24,686 nucleotides of DNA from the NCBI RefSeq assembly GCF_006345805.1, contig NW_021836758.1, positions 1 to 24,686 on the forward strand. Reading direction: 5' to 3'. Position 1 is the first letter of the stretch. Each line of letters opens with the position of its first letter. The notes beneath the pieces were generated by a model that saw only the letters and a program-made list of their open reading frames with translations, made no database searches and was not told where the DNA came from. Positions 10,111 through 20,499 of this stretch are shown in pieces. Position numbers and translations under genes: made by a program. This DNA comes from Octopus sinensis. Lineage: Eukaryota.

Positions 10111-10694
10111 TATGTTGTCAACTTAATGTGACAGTCCCATGAAAGGGAAGAATGCTACTGTTATTTAGCCCTAGGAAACACCATTTCCTGTTGGACTTGA
10201 CACATTTCCTGTGTCCTTAAGGATACAGGAAATGTGTCAACAGTAGCATTCTTCCCTTTCATGGGACTGTCACATTAAGTTGACAACATAACATCCGCTT
10301 ATCGTGCTGCTACTAATGTGATAGTCCCATAAAAGGGAAGAATGCTACTGTTATTTAGCCCTAGGAAACACCATTTCCTGTTGGACTTGACACATTTCCT
10401 GTGTCCTTAAGGATACAGGAAATGTGTCAACAGTAGCATTCTTCCCTTTCAAGGACTGTCACATTAAGTTGACAACATAACATCCGCTTATCGTGCTGCT
10501 ACTAATGGTGATAGTCCATAAAAGGGAAGAATGCTACTGTTATTTAGCCCTAGGAAACACCATTCCTGTTGGACTTGACACATTTCCTGTGTCCTTAAGG
10601 ATACAGGAAATGTGTCAACAGTAGAGCATTCTTCCCTTTCAAGGGACTGTCACATTAAGTTGACAACATAACATCCCCTTATCGTGCTGCTACT
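10111..10694. repeat. Three tandem ~190-bp units, each a nested inverted repeat centred on TTAA
   Basis: AAAGGGAAGAATGCTACTGTTATTTAGCCC recurs at ~10142, ~10332 and ~10521. Each unit holds the 44-nt palindrome TTGACACATTTCCTGTGTCCTTAAGGATACAGGAAATGTGTCAA. Confidence 0.95.
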
Positions 10695-11048
10695 GCATAA
10701 ATCTCTCTGAGAGATTTCGAAATGTATTATTTCAACGACACATCGGGTTCAGAAGACCCCATCTTGCACCGCATCTCACATCTCACACAAACTGCTCGAT
10801 GCCCTTTTTAACCCCCACCAACTATTTTTACACGGTTTTACCAAACGCTTTGCTTTTTTTTCCCATAGCACCAACACCAGTGAGGTCACGATGCCATCAG
10901 CAAACAATAAAAACAACACACACAAAACACGGAAGCAACGACAGATATTTCACAACCACAGACATAAATCTAGCGACACAATGGACAGCAGCCATCATGA
11001 ATATTGCAAACAAAACTCAGCCAGCACCAAAATCAATTTCCTACTCAC

Positions 11049-11082
11049 AACCAGTAACTATTGATCTCGTATACACCGCCAT
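11049..11082 (-). CDS. Speculative first coding exon (MAVYTRSIVTG, phase-1 donor)
   Basis: Minus strand reads AAAAAAAC-ATG-GCG...GGT-T|GTGAGT, an A-rich start context with a consensus donor, inside a non-repetitive island. No homology recognised. Confidence 0.2.
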
Positions 11083-11295
11083 GTTTTTTTTTTTGGAGGG
11101 GGGGGGTTCATTTAACTTTTATATATTCTTCCAAACTGTTTCATGTTGTTTATTTTTTTACCTTTTATTTTATTTGGAGATGGTGGCGGTGAGGTTTTGC
11201 AGTGAATGAAAGGGGGGAATGGAAAAGTTTGAAACTGTAACGGAGGTGGATTACGGATAAAATGAGAAAACAGAAGAGGAAAGAACAAAATTAAA

Positions 11296-11386
11296 CTATA
11301 TACATATAATATATATATATATATATTATATATATATTATATATAATAAAAAAGACATGTATTTCTGTAAAGAAATATTAAGAGTA

Positions 11387-11417
<31 letters not shown>

Positions 11418-11470
11418 GTAATAATGATGATATCATGATGATGATATGATGATGAGAGATAATAATAATA

Positions 11471-11508
<38 letters not shown>

Positions 11509-11869
11509 GTAATAATGATATTATCATGATGATGATAATGATGATGATAATAATATAATAATAATAATAATAATGGTAATAATAATGATTACCATGATGA
11601 TGATAATAATAATAATAATAATAATAAAATAATAATGGTAATAATAATGATTACCATGATGATGATAATAATAGTAATAATAATAAAAAAGGATAATGAT
11701 GGTGATGGTAACGGTGATGGTGATAGTGGTGATGATGATGTTACTAACAGTAACAATAACAACAATAATACTGATGATAATAGGTAAATGAAGAAGTGGA
11801 TGAAATCCAAAGATATCTCATGTAAGGAGCAAAATGCTGAGATGTATCAATCACAAAGCTAACATGAGA

Positions 11870-11908
<39 letters not shown>

Positions 11909-11947
11909 CGAAGACGGACAAAATATATCGGAATGGAAGATGACTAT

Positions 11948-12000
<53 letters not shown>

Positions 12001-12047
12001 CCATATATATAATTACATATATACTTATATATGTCTATATAATATAC

Positions 12048-12085
<38 letters not shown>

Positions 12086-12349
12086 ATATAATGTATATAT
12101 ATACACATATATATAATTACATATATACTTATATATGTATATATATATATATATATACATATATATATCATCATCATCGTTTAGCGTCCGTTTTCCATGC
12201 TAGCATGGGTTGAACAATATATATATGTGTATATATATATATATGTATATGTATATATATATGTAAACACACACACACATATATATATATTATTAAACAT
12301 ACATATATATTCATATAGATATATATATGTGTACATATATATATTCATA

Positions 12350-12389
<40 letters not shown>

Positions 12390-12420
12390 CATACATAGAT
12401 AGATAGATGCATGCACACAT
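11296..12420. repeat. (TA)n, (AAT/GAT)n and (TA/CA) microsatellite field with higher-order periodicity
   Basis: Directly visible, with unique spacers near 11350-11385 and 11780-11945. Confidence 0.9.
12168..12213 (-). mobile_element. Minimal RTE/family C 3' tail (~45 bp)
   Basis: TCATCATCATCGTTTAGCGTCCGTTTTCCATGCTAGCATGGGTTG embedded in (TA)n. Confidence 0.85.
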
Positions 12421-12894
12421 ATATGTAAATGCATATTTTTGTTGAAAGTAAGATGTTGCGCTAATTCGTATAGTTTTATTTCATTTCATTTTTTTTATTC
12501 CACATTCGAGGAAGAAAAATGGTAGACACACAGACACACACGAACAAGCAAACAAACAAACAAATAACAAAAAAAAAAAAATTCGATAAAATGGAAAGAA
12601 ATTTGGAAGAAATATATAAAAGACATGGTAAGGAGAAAGAAGAAGGAGGAGGGGGAGGAGGAGAAGAAGAAGAAGAAGAAGAAGAAGAAACAGTGAAAAC
12701 GAACTGCGAAGAAATCATGTTAAATTTATAATCACTTCATGTATATCTTTTGATTTTTGATATTATTGTTGTTGTTGTTGTTCTTTTCCTTTTTCCTTTT
12801 ACTCTTTTACTTCCAGTGAACATTTTTGATAAACCAAAGCGAAGAATGTATGAAGAATTTTAGCAACTTCTCCAAGAACTGCTTTGAAGTAATG

Positions 12895-12931
12895 TCATAT
12901 ATATATACGTGTGTTGTGAATGCATGTATGT

Positions 12932-12965
<34 letters not shown>

Positions 12966-12986
12966 ATATATATAATATATATAATT

Positions 12987-13029
<43 letters not shown>

Positions 13030-13190
13030 TGCACACATATATACATATTTAGATATATGTGTGCATATATATATAATATATATACACACATATATGTATA
13101 TTATATATACACACACACACATATATATAGATATAAACACACACACATATATATAGATATAAACACACACACACGTATATATTTATATTA
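12895..13190. repeat. (TA)/(CA) compound microsatellite
   Basis: Directly visible. Confidence 0.92.
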
Positions 13191-13587
13191 TTTATTTAGT
13201 TATATATCTTTATTTACTAATATAGATATTTCTTTGTTTATGGTAAGTTGTCTTGCTGGTTTTCCTCTCAAGAAATAAAATTAGAAGAAACAGAAAAGAA
13301 ATAACATTATTAAAAAAAAAAAATCAACCCTCAAAGAAATTCAGATAAAAATAAAAGAAAATAGCATAAAAAGAAACAATGTGAAAATATATGGAAAAAT
13401 AAAATGTTGAAGGTAAAATTTGTTTCAAGGAGTTCAATAGTTATCTCCCTTGATTAGCCTCTCCATTGCTGTGAGATGTCATTCTCCATGATGGAATGAT
13501 TGCAAGTGATGCAAAAAATACCGTCTTTATATTCATGGAAATAAGCAGGAGACTGCAGTTCTTGGTTGCAGAAGAGAAAATTAGATA

Positions 13588-13618
<31 letters not shown>

Positions 13619-13622
<4 letters not shown>

Positions 13623-14800
13623 CTGTAGAAAAGGTGTAGGTAGAAACTCTATAAGATGCACCAAGTGTAAGCTATGGACGCATAAGAGGTGCAGCAATGT
13701 CAAAGGAAGGCTAACTAAGAAGATAGTTTTTGTATGTGGCAGATGCTCCGGAGCAATAAACACTGAAAATGCTCTGAGACCAACTTCTGCCACATTCCAG
13801 GGAGAAAAACTAGAAATAGCTGAGAGCTTCCGTTACCTAGGTGACCAAGTCAGTAGCCGGGGCGGGTGTGCTGAAAGTGTAACTGCTAGAGTAAGAATAG
13901 CTTGGGCAAAGTTCAGAGAGCTCTTACCTCTGCTGGTGACAAAGGGTCTCTTGCTCAGAGTAAAAGGCAGACTGTATGACGCGTGTGTACAAACAGCCAT
14001 GCTACATGGCAGTGAAACATGGGCCGTGACTGCGGAGGACATGCGTAAGCTCGCAAGAAATGAAGCCAGTATGCTCTGATGGATGTGTAATGTCAGTGTT
14101 CATACTCGACAGAGTGTAAGTACCTTGAGAGAAAAGCTGGACCTAAGAAACATCAGTTGTGGTGTGAAAGAGAGACGTTTGCGCTGGTATGATCATGTGG
14201 CGAGAATGGATGAAGATAGTTGTGTGAAAAAGTGCCACACCCTAGCTGTTGAGGGAATCTGTGGAAGAGGCAGACCCAGGAAAACCTGGGATGTGGTGGT
14301 GAAGCACAACCTTCGAACTTTAGGTCTCACTGAGGAAATGACTAGAGACCGAGACCTTTGGAAGTATGCTGTCTGTGAGAAGACCCGGCAGGAGAAGTGA
14401 GACCTTATCCTGTGGCCTCTACACGGGATGTAGCCAGTCCACTTATGCATACCTTTCCTTCTTGAGAGACAAAACTCTACTTGTGAAGACCTGTTGAGGC
14501 AAGTGAGAATCGAAATCGATCAACATCAATGGAAATTGCAGCTGTGATACCAGTGCCGGTGGCACGTTAAGAGAACCATCCGAACGTGGCCGTTGCCAGC
14601 GCCGCCCCTACTGGCACGTAAAAAGCATCCACTACACTCACAGAGTGGTCGGCGTTAGGAAGGGCATCCAGCCATAGAAACATTGCCAGATCAGACTGGG
14701 CCTGATGCAGACTTCTGGCTTCCCGGACCCCAATTGAACCGTCCAACCCCCATGCTAGCATGGAAAGCGAACGCTAAACGATGATGATGATGATGATGAT
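13619..14800 (+). mobile_element. RTE-clade LINE, 5'-truncated, well preserved
   Basis: Frame 13621-14400 reads ICRKGVGRNSIRCTKCKLWTHKRC...FRYLGD...AWAKFRELLPLL...LHGSETW...RLRWYDHVARM...GRGRPRKTW...EKTRQEK* with one in-frame TGA at 14077-14079. The 3' UTR ends in (GAT)n at 14800. Confidence 0.96.
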
Positions 14801-14816
14801 ATACATATATATATAC

Positions 14817-15135
14817 ATTCTTTTATTTGTTTCAGTCATTTGATTGCAGCCATGCTGGAGCACCGCCTTTAGTTGAACAAATCCACTCCAGAACTTATTC
14901 TTTGTAAGCCTAGTACTTATTGTATCAGTCTTTTTTGCCGAACCACTAAGTTATGGGGACGTAAACATACCACCATCAGTTGTCAAGCAATGGTGGGGGG
15001 ACAAACACTGACACACAAACATATACACACACACACACATGTATAAAACGGGCTTCTTTCAGTTTCCATCTACCAAATCCACTCACAAGGTTTTGGTCAA
15101 GCGAAGGCTATAGTAGAAGACATTTACCTGCCAAG
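14817..15135 (-). mobile_element. SINE family B, 5'-truncated, moderately diverged
   Basis: TTTCAGTCATTTGATTGCAGCCATGCTGGAGCACCGCC...CTTCTTTCAGTTTCCATCTACCAAATCCACTCACAAGG. Confidence 0.88.
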
Positions 15136-15138
15136 GTT

Positions 15139-15234
15139 AACTTCCTTTCATCCTTTTGGGGGTTGATTAAATAAGTGTAATTGACTTAAATCCCTCCCCC
15201 AAGCTGCCCTTGTGACAAAAATTTGAAACCATTA

Positions 15235-15266
<32 letters not shown>
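15139..15266 (+). mobile_element. SINE family A2 3' fragment with (ATT)n tail
   Basis: CCTTTCATCCTTTTGGGGGTTGATTAAATAAG...CCCTCCCCCAA...(ATT)n. Confidence 0.7.
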
Positions 15267-15268
<2 letters not shown>

Positions 15269-15269
15269 A

Positions 15270-15466
15270 GGTGGCGAGCTGGCAGAATGGTTAGCATGCC
15301 AGGCAAAATGCTTAGCGCTGCTACATTCTGAGTTCAAATTCCGTCAAGGATGACTATCCCTATCATCATTTCGAGATTGATTAAATAAGTACCAGTTATG
15401 CACTAGGGTCTGTAACTGACTATCCCACTCCCTCAAATTTCACGCCTTGTGCCTACAGTAGAAAGG

Positions 15467-15499
<33 letters not shown>
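15270..15499 (+). mobile_element. SINE family A2, near full length, (ATT)n tail
   Basis: Head GGTGGCGAGCTGGCAGAATGGTTAGC and GAGTTCAAATTCC as in A1, but with a different 3' end (AAATTTCACGCCTTGTGCCTACAGTAGAAAGG(ATT)n). Confidence 0.85.
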
Positions 15500-15501
<2 letters not shown>

Positions 15502-15679
15502 GGAGAGAATATTTACATAACACCTGAGGAAACACAATTAGATCTCATAATGCACAGAAGGGGGCTGCATAATTCAGCACCTGTGTCATTGGAGAACTAC
15601 GCTGTGTGGAAACAATTGTAGTGATTAAACAATATTTGTCCAATCATATCCCTTCTTCTTGACTCCAATTTTTTTCAAT

Positions 15680-16770
15680 TATATATATATATATATACAT
15701 ACACAAATATATATATATATATATATATATATCATACACACATACATACACAGGCTGTACATTCACATATATGCTAACATACAAATGTGCATGCACACAC
15801 ATACATATATACACACAAGTATACATATATACTAAGGCAAATACAACAATACACACACACATTCACATGTGTAACATCCACACATCCACACATTCATATA
15901 CACACAGATATACAGATATACACACACACATACACACACAAACAGAAAAACACACATACATACATGCAGACACCCACATACACACACAAACACACACCCA
16001 TACACATTCATGCATGCAGACATTCAAACATGCACGCATGCACACACACACACACAGAGATTCATGCACAAACACACAAACAGAGTTTTAAGCACAAACA
16101 CCCACATACATACAAACGCACGCACGCACACCCACACCCACTCACTGGTCCTCAAGATAATTATTGATCACCAATAATCATCATTTGCCAATAGGCAAGA
16201 TTTGCAAATCTAATCTTGTGGGACGGACAGGAATGCAACAAATAATGATGATAATAATAATAATAATAATGATGACAATAATAATAATAATAATAATAAC
16301 AATAATAATAATAATAACAATAATAATAATAATAATGATAATGACTATAATACCACTATTAATAACAACTGTAGTAATAATATCAATTAACAATACTACT
16401 ACTACCACTACTACTACTACTACTACTACAGTAAATAATAAAAATTATCATTGTTGTCGGTTGTCGTCATCATCATCATCATCAATCATAGCTTAGTAAT
16501 GCTTTTTTTATTAGTCTCAAGGGAAACATAAATGGCCAAACATTAGTGTACAAGAACATACTTTGAAGCTTGCAAAGTGTATGAATATGTGTGTGTGTAT
16601 ATATATATACATATATATATACATACATATATATATATATTATATACATACATACATATATATATATTTGTCTGTCTATGTAGATGTCTGTCTGTCTATT
16701 TGTTTATCTATTTATCCATAACATATATATATATACATATATACATACATACACACACACACGTCTTTTA
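15680..16770. repeat. (TA)/(CA), (AAT)/(ACT)/(CAT) microsatellite blocks
   Basis: Directly visible, with short unique spacers. Confidence 0.9.
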
Positions 16771-16908
16771 CATTTGCTCATGGTATCGTTAGGGGTATGC
16801 AAATACAGCCCCTATTTCATTATGCCAGCTACAGTCTTACGGTACCGACTAGCGAGTTAGTTTTATTGCATCATGGTTATACCAATTTAATGTAGGATAA
16901 ATAATAAC

Positions 16909-17220
16909 AATAATTCTAGGATGGAATTCATAAATATTTAATACATCGCTACGCACGTTTCCACAAATCACATGATTTTGACATTATAGTAGGTAACCTT
17001 GAGATTAGTACAGTATAGTCTGTACTATCGCTGGCCATTCGGGCCAGATTGGCCTTTATACAGGCAAGAAGGGATAAACATCTCTCTGTCATTCATTCAT
17101 TCATGCAGCATCGCCTGATGAGATGAACCAATGATGATCAACCAGATGCCCAGGGATAGTATGGTCTATACTGCACTAATCCCCAGGGTACTGACTTATA
17201 AATTCCATCCTAGAATTATT
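16909..17220. mobile_element. MITE-like element with bipartite terminal inverted repeats
   Basis: Outer inverted repeat 16909-16933 / 17196-17220 matches at 24 of 25 nt. Inner imperfect repeat 16994-17039 / 17145-17190. No ORF. AAT/ATT runs at both ends. Confidence 0.6.
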
Positions 17221-17230
17221 ATTATTATAA

Positions 17231-18190
17231 CAGGTACAGGCATAGACGTGTGGTAAGAACCTTGCTTCCCAACCACATGGTTCCAGGTTCAGTTCCACTA
17301 TGTGGCACCTTGGGCTGCCCAAAGCCTTGTGAGTGGATTTGGCAGACAGAAACTGAAAGAAGCCTGTCGTGTATACCGATATATATATATATATATATAT
17401 ATAGGTGCAGGTATGGCTGTGTGATAAGTAGCTTGCTTATCAACCACATGGTTCTGGGTTCAGTCCCTCTGCGTGGCATCTTGGGCAAGTGTCTTCTGCT
17501 ATAGCCCCGGGCCGACCAATGCCTTGTGAGTGGATTTGGTAGACGGAAACTGAAAGAAGCCTGTCGTATATATGTATATATATATATATGTGAGTGTGTG
17601 TGTCAGTGTTTGTCCCCCTAGCATTGCTTGACAACCGATGCTGGTGTGTTTACGTCCCCATCACTTAGCGGTTCGGCAAAAGAAACCGATAGAATAAGTA
17701 CTGGGCTTACAAAGAATAATTCCTGCGGTCGATTTGCTCGACTAAAGGCAGTGCTCCAGCATGGCCGCAGTCAAATGACAAACAAGTAAAATAGTAAAGA
17801 GTATATATATATATATATATAGGTGCAGGTATGGCTGTGTGATAAGTAGCTTGCTTATCAACCACATGGTTTTGGGTTCAGTCCCACTGCATGGCACCTT
17901 GAGCTAGTGTCTCCTACTATGGCCTCAGGCTGACCAAAACCATGTGAGTGAATTTGGTAGACAGAAACAGAAAGAAGCCCATCATATATATATATTGTCT
18001 GTGTGTTTGTCCCCACCACCATCACATGACAACTGATATTAGTGTGTATACATCCCCGTAACTTAGCAGATCAGCAAAAGAGACCGAGAGAATAAGTACT
18101 AGGCTTACTAAGTCCTGGGGTTGATTTGTTTGACTAAAGGCAGTGCTCCAGCATGGCCACGGTCAAATGACTGAAACAAAAGGATAAAAA
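17231..18190 (+). mobile_element. Three head-to-tail SINE family B copies (17231-17378 partial, 17402-17800 full, 17820-18190 older)
   Basis: Each has the family B head and core, and copies 2 and 3 have the GCTCCAGCATGGCC..GTCAAATGAC tail. They are separated by (TA)n. Confidence 0.9.
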
Positions 18191-18410
18191 TATATGTGTG
18201 TGTGTGTGCATGCGTGTATGTATGTATGTATATACCTTCGCAAATGTTTAATATTTTATTTATGTTAGTCATCAGCCAGTGGTCATGCTGGGGCATTGTT
18301 TTAAAGCCTGGCTCTGATTCTATCCACTCGGTTTTACCAACCAACAGTGATTGCCAAGTAGTGGTGGGAGACAAACACATGCACACACACTGAGATATAC
18401 ATATATATAT

Positions 18411-18720
18411 ATCATCATCATCATCATCGTTTAACGTCCGTTCTCCATGCTGGCATGGGTTGGACGGTTCGACCGGGGATCTGGGAAGCCAGAAGGTTGC
18501 ACCAGGCTCCGGTCTTATCTGGCAGTGTTTCTACAGCTGGATGCCCTTCCTAACGCCAACCACTCCGTGAGTGTAGTGGGTGCTTTTTACGTGCCACCTG
18601 CACTGGTGCCAGGCAAGGCTGGCATCGGCCACGGTCGGATTGGTGCATTTTATGGAAGCCAGTCGAGGCGGCACTGGCTTCGGCTACGATTCGGATGGTG
18701 CTTTTTACGTGCCACCGACA
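18411..18720 (-). mobile_element. RTE 3'-end element (family C), young
   Basis: Starts (ATC)nGTTTAACGTCCGTTCTCCATGC and carries three GGTGC(T/A)TTTTA modules. Confidence 0.92.
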
Positions 18721-19324
18721 TATATATATACACACACACACACACATATATATACATATATATTGAAATAATTTTCTTTAGCCCTTACTTATAAGTTGTT
18801 TATAATTTTAACCGTAAAGGTATTTTAATATGCTGCCACATTTTTTGATGGAATTTTTTTCTGTAGAAAAAAATCTTCATCCTATATTAGTAGTAGACTT
18901 ATTACTACTCACTATAGGGACTGGTAACCACTATAACCTATAGTGGAGAACAGTCAACATGTTGTACTGAGGCTGACCAAAGAATTTTATTTTTAGATAT
19001 ATCTGGGGTACTTAAATGTACTCATGATTTTTGCTTTGGCTTTTTCCATGGGCGCATGTAGGTATCTTATTTATATCCTTTCATATGTTCTACAGAAGAG
19101 GAAAGAATCTTTTATGAGATTACTTCCGAAATTGATGCAATATAGAAATAACGAACTTTTTAAAAATTCTATTGGCCAGCTTGCCCGATTTCAGTTCTTT
19201 GGTTTTTTCTGTAGCGAGTAAATTATATGTGGAAATTGAGGATTTAATAGTCTGTTATCAGCATATTGGCATTGAAATAATTTTCTTAGCCCTTACTTAT
19301 AAGTTGTATATATATATATATATA

Positions 19325-19661
19325 CGTGCCACTGGCTTCCGTGTCGGTGGCACGTAAAAAGCACCATCCGAATCGTGGCTGAAGCCAGTGACGCCTCGAC
19401 TGGCTTCCATGCAGGTGGCACGTAAAATGCACCAATCCGATCATGGCCAATGCCAGCCTCGCCTGGCACCAGTGCACGTGGCACTTAAAAAGCACCCACT
19501 ACACTCACGGAGTGGTTGGCGTTAGGAAGGGCATCCCAGCTGTAGAAACATTGCCAGATAAGACCAGAGCCTGGTGCAGCCTTCTGGCTTCCCAGATCCC
19601 CGGTCAAACCGTCCAACCCATGCTAGCATGGAGAACGGACGTTAAACGATGATGATGATGA
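19325..19661 (+). mobile_element. RTE 3'-end element (family C), young, inverted relative to 18411-18720
   Basis: Close reverse complement of 18411-18720, ending GGACGTTAAACGATGATGATGATG. Confidence 0.92.
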
Positions 19662-20110
19662 ATGATCAAGACCTTTGGCATTATGTCATGCTAGAGAAGA
19701 AGACCCATCAAGCTGGGCATTGGGTCCCATGGAGGCAATGACCAACACCTTGGCATTATGTCATGCTTGAAAAGAAGACCCATTAAGCTGAGCAAAATCA
19801 TAGTCTTGGCAGATACTGATGTCATGCAAATAGGCACCCCGTGCCAGTGGCACATAAAAGCACCCATTACACTATTGGAGTGCTGGTGTTAGGAAGGGCA
19901 TTCAGCCTTAGAAACCATGCCAAATCAGACTGGAGTCTGGTGCAGCTTACCAGCCCTGGACAAACTGTCCAACCCATGCCGGCATGGACAACAGACATTA
20001 AATGACGATGATGATGAAGCTAGCATGCTCTGCTGGATGTGTAATGTCTGTGTGCACGCATGACAGGGTGTAAATGATTTCAGAGGAAAACTGGGTATAA
20101 GAGGCATCAG
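19662..20110 (+). mobile_element. Older RTE fragments: ORF end plus 3' UTR (to ~19997), then an internal ORF piece
   Basis: GACCTTTGGCATTATGTCATGC..GAGAAGAAGACC (DLWHYVMLEKKT-like) occurs twice, followed by a UTR with a GATGATG tail, then EASMLCWMCNV...FRGKLGIRGIR. Confidence 0.78.
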
Positions 20111-20282
20111 GTAAAGTGTCTTGGTGATGTATTTAAATTGATAATGCACCTGTACAATGCTAGTGAGCACTATTTTCTCTGTCTTTTGCAAGGGATTGCT
20201 CTTCAGGAATCTGGTCCAAATCTTTTTCCATTCTCTATTTCAGTATTCATGTGCACTGGTTATCACTGGTATTGTAATGGTC

Positions 20283-20499
20283 AGAAGCGTTGGCACGCCG
20301 GGCGAAATGCGTAGTCGTATTTCGTCTGCCGTTACGCTCTGAGTTCAAATTCCGCCGAGGTCGACTTTGCCTTTCATCCTTTCGGGGTCGATAAATTAAG
20401 TACCAGTTTCGCACTGGGGTCGATGTAATTGACTTGATCCCTTTGTCTGTCCTTGTTTGTCTCCTCTATGTTTAGCCCCTTGTGGGTACTAAAGAAACA
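20283..20499 (+). mobile_element. SINE family A1, slightly 5'-truncated, 15-bp target-site duplication
   Basis: GGTATTGTAATGGTC occurs at 20268-20282 and 20500-20514. Confidence 0.93.

Noticed and set aside
10111-10694. Regularly spaced palindromic repeats suggestive of a CRISPR array or piggyBac ends
   Set aside because: The spacers are identical rather than unique, the context is eukaryotic and there are no cas genes. PiggyBac ends read TTAA-CC...GG-TTAA, the opposite of the CC-TTAA-GG seen here.
10699-10717. 19-nt palindrome AAATCTCTCTGAGAGATTT next to the hairpin array
   Set aside because: Too short and low in complexity to be significant alone.
19096-19221. Open frames with splice-like ends on both strands within the spacer
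   Set aside because: Donor sites are weak, there is no recognisable motif, and the two strands are equally plausible.
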